A stretch of DNA of 64,000 nt from positions 448,001 through 512,000 of the forward strand of contig CAWDVW010000002.1 in assembly GCA_963805855.1 (NCBI GenBank). Direction: 5' to 3'. A program made the translations under genes and the position numbers. This stretch comes from Candidatus Dadabacteria bacterium. GTDB taxonomy: Bacteria; Desulfobacterota_D; UBA1144; Nemesobacterales; CSP1-2. Positions 17,317 through 28,748 of the stretch are shown in pieces. Each line of letters opens with the position of its first letter. The first letter of the stretch is position 1. Under the pieces are notes generated by a model, which was not told the origin of the DNA, made no database searches, and saw only the letters and a program-made list of their open reading frames with translations.

Positions 17317-18792
17317 ATGGCTAATACACTAAGAAAATACGGCCTTTTCATTAATGGCAAAGAGGTCAATTCGGTGAGCGGTAAGACATTTATCAGGGAA
17401 AATCCTGCAACCGAAGAACCGCTTGCCGAGATAGCCGAGGCACAGAAGGGAGATGTCGAGAAAGCTGTAAAGTCCGCAAAACAAGCATTTGAGAAATGGT
17501 CTCATTTACCTCCAAGGGAGCGTGCAAAGTTTATCTCTCGCCTAGCAGAAGCGCTCGACAAGCATACGGAGCAAATAGCAATGACAAACACGCTTGAGAC
17601 CGGAAAGCCCATCAGGGAAAGCCGTCTAGTAGAGGTTGGAAATTCCGTCAAAACTCTCGAGTATTACGCTGGAGCCGCCGGCAAACTGAATGGTGAAAGC
17701 ATGTCGATTTCGGATGATCAACTTACCATCACCCTTAAGGAACCCGTAGGCGTTGCCGCGCACATTATTCCGTGGAATTTCCCTCTTCTGCTTTCTTTCT
17801 GGAAGATAGGAGCCGCGCTGGCCGCAGGATGCACGATAGTTTTAAAGCCGGCAACTGATACCTCGTGCGGCATCATGGATTTTGCCCGGATAACTGAAGA
17901 AGCGGGGTTACCGGAGGGTGTCTTCAATGTGATACCCGGAAAGGGAAGTGTAGCGGGTCAAGCTTTGATTGAGCATCCGGACATTAGTAAGATCGCCTTT
18001 ACGGGTTCTACTGAAGTAGGAAAAGGTGTAATGAATACCGCTTCTCAGGGTATAAAAAGGGTATCACTTGAACTTGGAGGCAAGGCTCCCTGCATAGTTT
18101 TCAATGATGCAGAAATCGACGAAGCGGTTGAAGCAAATCTTAGAGGTGGTTTCTTCAATCAGGGTGAGAATTGCACTGCTGTAACCAGACTTCTTCTCCA
18201 TGAAGACATTTACGATGAATTCCTTTCCTCCTATATCGAAAGGGTTAAAAAGATACGCATTGGCGATCCCACCCGGGATGACACGGAAATGGGTTCCCTT
18301 GTTTCAAAATCTCAGTTCGATACAGTCAAATTCTATTTTGATAAGGGGATCGAAGAAGGTGCCAAGGTTCTAGCGGGCGGCGGTCGCCCAAAGGGATTTT
18401 CTAAGGGCTACTTTTTTGAACCGACAGTCCTAGCGGATGTGAAGCCCTCAGCCACAGTTGCATGCGATGAGATCTTCGGACCGATAGTGGCCGTCATGCC
18501 ATTTAAGACCGAAGAAGAGGCCGTAAGAATAGCTAATGACACAATCTACGGGCTTGCAGGAGGGATCTGGACACAGAATTTAAAACGCGCCCTGAATGTG
18601 GCAAAGGCCGTTAAAGCAGGCTATCTATGGGTGAACACCTATGGAGGAATTATTCCCGAGACACCCTATGGGGGGTTCAAACAGAGCGGTATTGGAAAGG
18701 AGCTAGGAACCGAAGGCCTGGATATGTACCTTGAGACGAAGGCGGTGAACATATACCTGGGAGATAAGATTCCGAGATGGTATACGGGTTAA
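17317..18792 (+). CDS. NAD(P)-dependent aldehyde dehydrogenase
   Basis: PWNFP, FTGSTEVG, LELGGK, NQGENC, EIFGP, PYGGFKQSG. Confidence 0.95.
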   Translation: MANTLRKYGLFINGKEVNSVSGKTFIRENPATEEPLAEIAEAQKGDVEKAVKSAKQAFEKWSHLPPRERAKFISRLAEALDKHTEQIAMTNTLETGKPIRESRLVEVGNSVKTLEYYAGAAGKLNGESMSISDDQLTITLKEPVGVAAHIIPWNFPLLLSFWKIGAALAAGCTIVLKPATDTSCGIMDFARITEEAGLPEGVFNVIPGKGSVAGQALIEHPDISKIAFTGSTEVGKGVMNTASQGIKRVSLELGGKAPCIVFNDAEIDEAVEANLRGGFFNQGENCTAVTRLLLHEDIYDEFLSSYIERVKKIRIGDPTRDDTEMGSLVSKSQFDTVKFYFDKGIEEGAKVLAGGGRPKGFSKGYFFEPTVLADVKPSATVACDEIFGPIVAVMPFKTEEEAVRIANDTIYGLAGGIWTQNLKRALNVAKAVKAGYLWVNTYGGIIPETPYGGFKQSGIGKELGTEGLDMYLETKAVNIYLGDKIPRWYTG

Positions 18793-18803
18793 GTCATCAT
18801 TTT

Positions 18804-18991
18804 GGCGATCTAAAAGTCGCCGCTACATCCAAAAAAAATAAGACCCCATCTTTTATCTTCCTCCATCAAGGGGGGAAGTAAGTTTTAGTAGCGGAGGACT
18901 TTAGTCCTCCAAATTCTTTGTCATGCCCGAGGCCGCAGTCGGGCAGCCAAGTATGTTTTCTGGATTCCCGCTAACTATCCGCGGGAATGAC
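18804..18991. repeat. Cluster of short palindromic repeats from several families
   Basis: GTAG-type at 18804-18826 and 18888-18910; CTTCCTCC..GGGGGAAG at 18857-18878; GTCATGCCCG..CGGGCA and GGATTCCCGC..GCGGGAATGAC at 18920-18991. Confidence 0.75.
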
Positions 18992-19155
18992 GGGGCGTGA
19001 TACGTCAGAACTGGAGTTGCCTATTCAAAATTTAATTCCTGAACGCTTGGTTATAATAAAGACCATTCCAACCCTTTACTGAACCTGGTCCTCATAATAA
19101 TCTTTGCAAGATAATTCACATACTATAGATTGTAAACAGAGATGTATAAGAAAAC

Positions 19156-20466
19156 ATGACTGACCCCAAACAATCTCCGAAACAATATCGAAAGGTGATC
19201 AACTCATGGGTGATGTACGATTGGGCTAATTCTGCCTTTGCCACAACCGTTATGGCCGCAATTCTTCCTGTCTATTACAGTAAGGTCGCCGGTGCAACTT
19301 TGAGTGGCAATAAACCGACATTTTATTGGGGTTACACCATTTCAATAGCCCTCCTCATCACTGCATTTCTATCGCCGATAATGGGTGCCATTGCCGACTA
19401 TACAGGAGCCAAGAAGCGATTTCTCATGATGTTTGCCGCAATCGGTATCTTCTTTACAGCGCTTTTATACTTTGTTACCACAGGGGATTGGTTGATGGCA
19501 TCTGTACTCTTCATCATAAGTAACGTTGGTTTTGCCGTATCGGATGTATTTTATAACTCCCTTTTACCGCATGTAGCAAAGCCCGAGGATATTGATCAGG
19601 TATCAACCAGGGGGTATGCGTTTGGATACATTGGAGGCGGTATACTCTTAGCTATCAATGTCCTCATGATTCAATTCATGGCAGACGGACAACTTGCCGC
19701 CCGTCTCTCCTTTGTAAGCGTTTCTATCTGGTGGGCGGCTTTCACTACCCCCTTGATCTTAAATGTTAGGGAGCCTTCACCCGCTTCAAACACTTTCGAA
19801 ACGTCAAATCCTATATCAGCCGGTTTTAAAAGGCTAGATAAAACATTCCGCGACCTCAGACAATATCGACAATTGCTCATATTTCTTTTCGCATTCTGGA
19901 TTTACAACGATGGAATCGGCACCATAATAAAGATGGCTACAATATACGGAGCCGAGATAGGAATTGGTGTTAATACACTTATAGGTACCCTATTAATGAC
20001 TCAATTTGTCGGAATTCCATTCTCTTTCGGATTTGGCTGGTTAGCAAAACAAATCGGTAGTAAGTCCTGTATATACATAGGCTTAATCGTTTATACCTTA
20101 ATTTCTATTTGCGGTTACTTCATTTCGACTGCATGGCATTTCTGGGTTTTGGGTTTCATGGTGGGTACAGTACAGGGGGGAACACAAGCCCTGAGCCGCT
20201 CTCTTTACGGGTCTATGCTTCCTAGGGCTAAGACGGCTGAATTTTTTGGATTTTACGGAATGAGCTCCAAATTTGCGGGAATATTTGGACCACTAATTTT
20301 CTCGATTGTAGCCCAAATTAGTGGAACCAGCCGTTTGGGCATCATCTTCTTGGTCATATTCTTTTCAGTTGGAGCAATACTATTGAGCAGAGTGGATGTT
20401 GAGCAAGGCATACATAGAGCCAGGGAGGAAGATATGAATGGAGCGACTTTATTAAATGAGAATTAG
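19156..20466 (+). CDS. MFS transporter, UMF1/Atg22-like family
   Basis: SWVMYDWANSAF, PIMGAIAD, FYNSLLP, YNDG, QALSRS, EFFGFY; about 12 TM segments. Confidence 0.9.
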   Translation: MTDPKQSPKQYRKVINSWVMYDWANSAFATTVMAAILPVYYSKVAGATLSGNKPTFYWGYTISIALLITAFLSPIMGAIADYTGAKKRFLMMFAAIGIFFTALLYFVTTGDWLMASVLFIISNVGFAVSDVFYNSLLPHVAKPEDIDQVSTRGYAFGYIGGGILLAINVLMIQFMADGQLAARLSFVSVSIWWAAFTTPLILNVREPSPASNTFETSNPISAGFKRLDKTFRDLRQYRQLLIFLFAFWIYNDGIGTIIKMATIYGAEIGIGVNTLIGTLLMTQFVGIPFSFGFGWLAKQIGSKSCIYIGLIVYTLISICGYFISTAWHFWVLGFMVGTVQGGTQALSRSLYGSMLPRAKTAEFFGFYGMSSKFAGIFGPLIFSIVAQISGTSRLGIIFLVIFFSVGAILLSRVDVEQGIHRAREEDMNGATLLNEN

Positions 20467-20563
20467 TATCCGTCAAACAACATCCGACTTAAACCTATAA
20501 CCTGGGAGGGGGTTGATACCGCGGCAATCGAGATGATATAATAGAGAACATGGAGGAGTTAAA

Positions 20564-21094
20564 ATGAACAATGACAACAGCTTAGCGAAACGGCTTCAGG
20601 CCAATGAGATTATCCTTATTGCATTAATAGCCCTGTCTGCCATAGGAATCGCCGTAACCGACTTCTCCCCTAAATATGGTTTTTGGTATTGGATGGCAAT
20701 GGTGCCCATATTTGGGGGCTTCAGCTTATATACCGGGTGGTCGAGGGCAACCAGTCAAGGCATAAGTGCATCAGCAGTAATACGAACCCAATTGCTTCAC
20801 TGGATTGGTTTACTGATTGCCATAGTCCTGGTTTTCTTCCTTCTCAGAACAGGAAGGATTAACAATATCGAGGCTGGACTTGTAGCACTATTGATGTTTG
20901 CATTTGCAACTTTTCTGGCCGGGGTCCACTTCGATTGGCGATACATGGTGGTCGGAATAATCCTTGGAGCGGCCGTAGTCGGCGCGGCTCTGGTACAAGA
21001 GTTTATTTGGATGATAATGATTCCCATCGTTGCAGCCGTTATACTCGCGATAATCTGGTGGTGGCGGACAAAAAAGAGGGTTGAGGAGATTTAA
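20564..21094 (+). CDS. Hypothetical integral membrane protein
   Basis: SD GGAGGAG; about 6 hydrophobic segments. Confidence 0.75.
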   Translation: MNNDNSLAKRLQANEIILIALIALSAIGIAVTDFSPKYGFWYWMAMVPIFGGFSLYTGWSRATSQGISASAVIRTQLLHWIGLLIAIVLVFFLLRTGRINNIEAGLVALLMFAFATFLAGVHFDWRYMVVGIILGAAVVGAALVQEFIWMIMIPIVAAVILAIIWWWRTKKRVEEI

Positions 21095-21290
21095 TGTGGA
21101 CCAATTTAAGCGTTTTTATAACAAGTTATGCCAATCGGGAGCTCATGTTTTGTAGGAGTTAATTGATAACGATCTCCGTTGCAAAAGATGGTGTGACAGA
21201 TGAAAATATTAAACACCATTTCCGTCATGCCAATAAACGTTTTAACAAGGCTATTGATTTGCCGAATCTGTATAATTTGCAATATCAACT

Positions 21291-21314
21291 GGGCACATTG
21301 CAATGTGCCCCTAC
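21291..21314. repeat. GTAG-type REP palindrome
   Basis: GGGCACATTGCAATGTGCCC-CTAC. Confidence 0.75.
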
Positions 21315-21725
21315 TTAATCGACAACAGGTGTTGCACCTATAACCTCAACGTATTTAACCCTGTAGTTTATTGATCCTGCCCCCATCGTGATACCATTCT
21401 TAAGATAGGTGTTATTGCTGTTAGGAGGGACTGTGACTGGGAGGGATCCACCCGTACTGGTAACTATCTGTCCGACACTGCCTGGAAACGTAGAGTAGTA
21501 GTAGGCCTTTACCTTTATATCCTTGTAAGCAATATCAGCCGTGTTCTCAATTTCAAAGTTACTGAATATCGCAACCCGGGCGGCAATAAAATATGAGAAG
21601 TCAACTACTTTGAGATACCACTCGGGATGAACAATCATTGACTTTGTAGGTTTGACTTCTTCAGCTTCAATAAACGGATAGTACAAAATAAAAACCATTA
21701 AAAATAATATGGCTTTCCATCGCAT
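21315..21725 (-). CDS. Hypothetical exported protein (beta-rich); probable start ATG 21725
   Basis: MRWKAILFLMVFILYYPFIEA signal-like N-terminus; IENTADIAYKDIKV. Confidence 0.6.
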   Translation of the reverse strand: MRWKAILFLMVFILYYPFIEAEEVKPTKSMIVHPEWYLKVVDFSYFIAARVAIFSNFEIENTADIAYKDIKVKAYYYSTFPGSVGQIVTSTGGSLPVTVPPNSNNTYLKNGITMGAGSINYRVKYVEVIGATPVVD

Positions 21726-21776
21726 CACAAATCTAAGTTTATGCGAAATAGGCAACCTTTCCAATTAGACCAAATA

Positions 21777-22298
21777 TCATTGTTCATTCTGAAATGAGTT
21801 ATCAATAATGTTTAGCTCCTCTTCTAATCTTGAGGTCACTTGAGAGATTTGCTCCTTTAATTGTTCGTACCTAAATTTAAATGAATTCCAGACGTCAGGC
21901 ATTTCAAAGAGTGGATCTGATGCACAAGATTGCATGAGCAACAGCAACATTGCTTTTCTCAGAGCAAACAACTGAGAGAGCAATTGACTATACTTGAGGT
22001 ATACCCTGCCCGGCTTTACCGATCCTATATTCTTCCCCAGGGTGCGAATTGTCTTATAAGAAGTTTTAGATTCCTTGCATAACTCAATAGCAAGGTCGAC
22101 ATCTGGATATTCAATTAATTCATTTATACGTGCAGACACTTCATTAAAATGAGTTGTCGCCGCAATTATCATTGGCAGAACCTTGAACTGGTACTGTAAA
22201 TCGTTTTGATCCAATTCTTCACAATAAGAAAGTTCCAGATTCGATAAAATAAGGAATAAAGGTATGGCCACAATTAAATTCTTGTTAACCTTCTTCAT
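21777..22298 (-). CDS. Hypothetical exported helical protein
   Basis: 173-aa ORF with N-terminal signal-like segment. Confidence 0.6.
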   Translation of the reverse strand: MKKVNKNLIVAIPLFLILSNLELSYCEELDQNDLQYQFKVLPMIIAATTHFNEVSARINELIEYPDVDLAIELCKESKTSYKTIRTLGKNIGSVKPGRVYLKYSQLLSQLFALRKAMLLLLMQSCASDPLFEMPDVWNSFKFRYEQLKEQISQVTSRLEEELNIIDNSFQNEQ

Positions 22299-22565
22299 CT
22301 AAACTTTTGCGAAGTTCACATGGATGTATCGTGCTCGATTGAAAAGACACAATAAACTATAAATAAATTTCTGACGTTGTAAATTAATAGACCGGATTGT
22401 ATCTGGTTGCAAAACTTTTAACTTCTATGTTTAGGAAAAGGCGGTAATGGAAAAAAGTTAAGGTTATACGACCACCGATGCTTTTGCGATCAGCAGTTGC
22501 GATGTCAATATCTGCCTTATTATTTGGTAAATGATTTTCCCCGTCCAGTATCAGCCGTTGAAAAT

Positions 22566-24146
22566 TTATCCAACGGGCTGATATTGAGGCTTGACAGTCG
22601 ATTCAATTGAGAGTTGCATCTTCTCTGATTTACTATAGACGTTGGAATTGTAATACAACGCTCCCTCGGGGAGCCACTCCCACAAGGGGCCCAGGTCATT
22701 TCGAATTCGATCCAAATAAAATTGTGGAAGTTCTGTTGTCTCCTGTTCAAAAAAGTCCCTGAACTTCCTATCATTACGGAGCCTGTTAAGCACTTCGGTG
22801 TGGTACTTGACGCGACCAGTGCCTTGCGAGGAAAATGCCCTCAACACGTTCATACACCGCCAGAGCATGGGTTTAATCACTCTGAAGCGATTGGTTATCG
22901 CTCGCAATGAAAATGTGTGCTGTGTAACATCAATCAGATGTTCGTAAAACTCAGGCCAGGAATAGTTTTTCGGCTTGACGTTCATGGCCTGTTGAGTATT
23001 TAGGAAATGGAATGGAAACGGAAGAATGCGATTGGCTCGCTCGTACTCGAGATTGAGCGGTGCTGACTCTCCAAATGCGGAGAGCATGGAATAGGCAGGG
23101 AACGCCCCTGGAGCGATATCCACAAATCGCTTTGTGAGTTCAAAAGGTTCCGGTCCTTCGTCTACGTCGAGCCCGAGCACAAAATTGGCCTGGAGGTATG
23201 GTATGTAGCTCAAGATCATGTTGATGTGCTCTGAGACCTGCAGGACTTTATCCATTCCACCCTTCTTGCCTGTCTTTGATTTGTTGCCCATTTCGTACCA
23301 CGACTCAATCCCCGGCATGATTACCTTGAATCCATTTCGTTTGAGTCGCTTGAGATGCGGTTCAGATAGCAAGGAGAGACTGCTTTCTGCATAGAAATCA
23401 ATACTACCGGGAGGTACGACTTCCTCGATAGCACCTATGCATTCGTCAAACCGCACACCAAAATTTGGATCGAACCAGCCCACGCGCGGCCTCTTGAACT
23501 TCTGTAACAGGAAGCGAAGATCTTCCTTCATCATATCCAGGCTAAGCTGCTGAAACGGTACAGTTGAGTCTATACAAAAGCTGCATGTGTAAGGACACCC
23601 AAGACTAGATATCATCGGAACAACCTTGATAACGGGTGAGTTATGGAGGTTTTTCTCAATAAATTTCCAACGCTGCCGTACACCTGGAAGCATCGAAGGC
23701 TGCTGATTAGCGCTGATACGCAGACCAAGCGGTCGATGCTCCGAGCAATCCTGTAAGACATCGCGAATCATATCCCTGTCAGTTAAGCCAAAAACATAGT
23801 CAAAGTATTTGGACGCGTCCTGTGGGTAGCTACGCGCATGGGGGCCACCGAGCGCGGTGACTGCACCTTTCGATCGAAAAAGGCTGCTTAGCGCATATGC
23901 CAGTTGAGCACACTGGGTATACGCGCCAATGAACACGATGTCGAAGTCATTTTGGAATTCTTCCGCCAAGTCTTCAAGGCCTCGGTAACACAGGTATGTA
24001 ACGTCATGACCCCCGTCTTCACACCATACGGCTATCGCCTGTGGCATGATATTTGCGAAATTCGCATACATGACGCGCGCCCACAATGAACGAGTAGGGG
24101 CATTAGTTACGAGTTCAATGATTCCAATTTTTAGCTTTCTTATCAT
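22566..24146 (-). CDS. B12-binding-domain radical SAM protein; probable start ATG 24146
   Basis: N-terminal ..ALGGPHA.. cobalamin-binding-like domain, GCPYTCSFC, PGIES, NFVLGLD; SD AAGGAGG before 24146. Confidence 0.88.
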   Translation of the reverse strand: MIRKLKIGIIELVTNAPTRSLWARVMYANFANIMPQAIAVWCEDGGHDVTYLCYRGLEDLAEEFQNDFDIVFIGAYTQCAQLAYALSSLFRSKGAVTALGGPHARSYPQDASKYFDYVFGLTDRDMIRDVLQDCSEHRPLGLRISANQQPSMLPGVRQRWKFIEKNLHNSPVIKVVPMISSLGCPYTCSFCIDSTVPFQQLSLDMMKEDLRFLLQKFKRPRVGWFDPNFGVRFDECIGAIEEVVPPGSIDFYAESSLSLLSEPHLKRLKRNGFKVIMPGIESWYEMGNKSKTGKKGGMDKVLQVSEHINMILSYIPYLQANFVLGLDVDEGPEPFELTKRFVDIAPGAFPAYSMLSAFGESAPLNLEYERANRILPFPFHFLNTQQAMNVKPKNYSWPEFYEHLIDVTQHTFSLRAITNRFRVIKPMLWRCMNVLRAFSSQGTGRVKYHTEVLNRLRNDRKFRDFFEQETTELPQFYLDRIRNDLGPLWEWLPEGALYYNSNVYSKSEKMQLSIESTVKPQYQPVG

Positions 24147-24652
24147 GGCCTCCTTAGCACTATTTATAGCCCTGCGCTCAGCTACATATTTTAGCAATCA
24201 CCAGGTTGCTTTTTTAAAGATAGAGTGCCGAAATCTTTGAATGGTAAGCCTAGTATACTACTACGATTGTTTCTCCTTCGTGTTAAGCGCTCTCCTACGA
24301 TATCTGGATCTTAATAATTTTCCCCTACGACTTTATAGCATACTTTTATAAAGTTATTTCAAGAAATCATTTTTTTGTTGGTACATACGATGCTAGATTA
24401 AAATCCCTTTGTCAATGCCTGGGACTAATATTCGTCAAATTGTTGAACAACAAATATTAGTCAAATGAGAGAATATTCAATGATCATGATAAAATACACA
24501 CGCCTCGTTTAGATTGGTTGTCTTTAAGATTTGGAACCAACTAGACCTTTTAGAATAGAAACCGAAGGAAATTGTATCACCTAAAATCGATCAATATATG
24601 TACTCTAATTAATAATCGCATTCGTAAAATATATTAGGGCCAAGGCTCAAAG

Positions 24653-26557
<1,905 letters not shown>

Positions 26558-26639
26558 TCACTACCCCTAAACAATAATTGAAATTTTTTACTCACCTCAC
26601 ACTGAATTCTGAAATAAGAGGCGTTTATCATGATCATTC

Positions 26640-26863
26640 TTTTCTTTAATCACCGAAAACAAAGGTGCACGGGAAATACCCTCCGCCAATCTATTCCCCT
26701 TTCAATGACGACACCCCCATTTTTTGCCATTGAGAGCAATAGCGAAGCTATGTACCCAAATTCAAAAGCCTATTGCCACGGGTGAAAATTCCCCATTTTT
26801 GCAATGACAATTAATTATACTATCTAAGAAAAGGATATTAAAGAACGGAACTATGGATGTCAA
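26640..26863 (-). promoter_or_regulatory. thiC promoter and long structured leader with no TPP riboswitch signature
   Basis: TTGACA(26863-58), 17 nt, TAATAT; second TATAAT at 26819-14; complementary segments GUCAUUG/CAAUGGC and GCAAUAG/CUAUUGC. Confidence 0.45.
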
Positions 26864-26910
26864 TGAGTTTATAATTTGTGAAAAACCCTTTATTTAGTAA
26901 AATTACTCTG

Positions 26911-27948
26911 ATGAACCCTCTGGTATTGGGAATAGAAACCTCTTGTGATGAAACAGCAGCCTCAGTAGTTAAAGATGGGAAATATGTGCTTTCAAATATT
27001 GTTTCGTCCCAAATTGAAATTCATAAGAAATACGGCGGGGTAGTGCCTGAATTGGCATCTAGAGACCACCTCGAAAAGGTCATCCCCGTAATCGAGGAAG
27101 CACTAAGAAAGGCCGGGGTTTCACTTACCGATATCTCGAGGATCGCCGTTACAAGTGGGCCCGGTCTTGTTGGATCTCTGCTCGTGGGTCTTTCAACTGC
27201 AAAAGCCATTTCATTCGGCTTGGGCATCCCATTTATTGGGATTGACCATCTTGAGGCGCACATCACTGCAGCTCACTTAGAACATGATGTGCCGTTTCCC
27301 TTTCTAGGTCTCATAGTATCCGGCGGACATACAAGCCTCTATACGGTTAATAGTTATACTGACTTTCGTCTGCTGGGAAAAACGAGGGACGATGCGGCTG
27401 GAGAGGCATTTGATAAAGCATCGAAGCTCCTTGGGCTTGGCTACCCCGGAGGAGTAGAGATCGATAGAATTTCCAAGGAAGGAGACCCGCGATCAATTAA
27501 CTTTCCGCGGCCTTTTAAAAACGCTTCCTCATTTGATTTTAGCTTCAGTGGTATAAAGACATCTTTGGTTTATTTTCTAAAGAAAAACCCTATTATTGAT
27601 GAGGATAGACTACGGGATATTTGTGCAAGCTATCAGGAGGCAATAGTCGAGACACTCGTCAGCAAAACCCTGAGTGCTGCGAAATTGAACGAAATTAGAA
27701 ATGTTGTGATATCTGGTGGAGTTGCAAGCAATTCGCGGCTCAGGGAGCTTGCGAAAGAAAGATTCGAACAAGAGGGTATCTCGCTTTTCATCCCCTCGCC
27801 AGAGTATTGTACGGATAATGCGGCGATGATAGGGGCCTTGGGCTATCATAAAAGCAGAAATGGAGAGTCTTCGCCTTTGGGCCTAGCCCCATATTCGACT
27901 ACGAGACCAAAGTACGTTCGGGGGAAGGGATTCGTCTCTGACAATTAG
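26911..27948 (+). CDS. tsaD: tRNA N6-adenosine threonylcarbamoyltransferase
   Basis: LGIETSCDET, GGVVPELASRDH, HLEAH, VSGGHT, DDAAGEAFDK, CTDNAAMI; ATG 26911. Confidence 0.97.
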   Translation: MNPLVLGIETSCDETAASVVKDGKYVLSNIVSSQIEIHKKYGGVVPELASRDHLEKVIPVIEEALRKAGVSLTDISRIAVTSGPGLVGSLLVGLSTAKAISFGLGIPFIGIDHLEAHITAAHLEHDVPFPFLGLIVSGGHTSLYTVNSYTDFRLLGKTRDDAAGEAFDKASKLLGLGYPGGVEIDRISKEGDPRSINFPRPFKNASSFDFSFSGIKTSLVYFLKKNPIIDEDRLRDICASYQEAIVETLVSKTLSAAKLNEIRNVVISGGVASNSRLRELAKERFEQEGISLFIPSPEYCTDNAAMIGALGYHKSRNGESSPLGLAPYSTTRPKYVRGKGFVSDN

Positions 27949-28209
27949 TAGCCGACGACATCGGTTCTAGGGAAAATGTCACGAGCAAGCCAGTCCTGAG
28001 CACGGTCGAAGGGACTCGTGATCTACCCAGTGATGGCATCGCTACCCGGGTAGCCGGCCAGTCTTGCTGGTCGGTTATTATTGTGGAACGAGCAAGCCTT
28101 CCCTGAGTCTTAATCCTTGGGCAAATCGAAGAATTCGCCAGATTTTGACGCGATTATATCGCAAGAAAAATCTCCCAAAATAATGAAAGGCGTGGTTTTT
28201 CAACCGCGC
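27948..28209. repeat. Cluster of nested short palindromic repeats
   Basis: TCACGAGCAAG[25-nt CTGAG..TCGAAG module]CTCGTGA; GTAGCCGGCCAGTCTTGCTGG; second module after GAGCAAG near 28097; AGGCGTGGTTTTTCAACCGCGC. Confidence 0.7.
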
Positions 28210-28286
28210 ATGAAAATCCATACGTTTCCTTGTCTAAAAATTCAACTTTTTTTCACGATCTTATTGAGATGATAAAATATTAGGAG

Positions 28287-28748
28287 ATGACTGAATTACG
28301 CTTTATTGCAGACTCCATGCTTGGAAAGCTTGCAAAGTGGTTGAGACTAGCTGGCTTGGATGTAAGTTACAAAAATGATATTGAGGATAATGTATTGATC
28401 GATCAAGCATTATCAGAGGACCGTATAATTCTCACAAGGGATAGAAATATAAAGAAGAGGAAGATCGTAAAAAAGTGTCTCCTTATACACAGCGACCATT
28501 TAGAAGAACAAATCAGACAATTCTTTGAAACCTATAGAATAAAAGGCACCGGAAGATCGTTTTGCAGATGCATACGTTGTAATACTCTATTAAAAGATGT
28601 AGATAAACGCGCATTAAAGGGCAAAGTTCCGGCTTATGTGTTGGAAACAAATGATAGATTTAAGCAATGTGACTCATGCAAAAGGATATATTGGGCGGGG
28701 ACGCACAGGGAAAACGCCGAGGGGTTCTTGAGAAGAATGATTCCCTAA
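28287..28748 (+). CDS. Mut7-C RNase domain protein
   Basis: FIADSMLGKLAKWLRLAG, ILTRD, RCIRCN, CDSCKRIYWAGTH. Confidence 0.93.
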   Translation: MTELRFIADSMLGKLAKWLRLAGLDVSYKNDIEDNVLIDQALSEDRIILTRDRNIKKRKIVKKCLLIHSDHLEEQIRQFFETYRIKGTGRSFCRCIRCNTLLKDVDKRALKGKVPAYVLETNDRFKQCDSCKRIYWAGTHRENAEGFLRRMIP

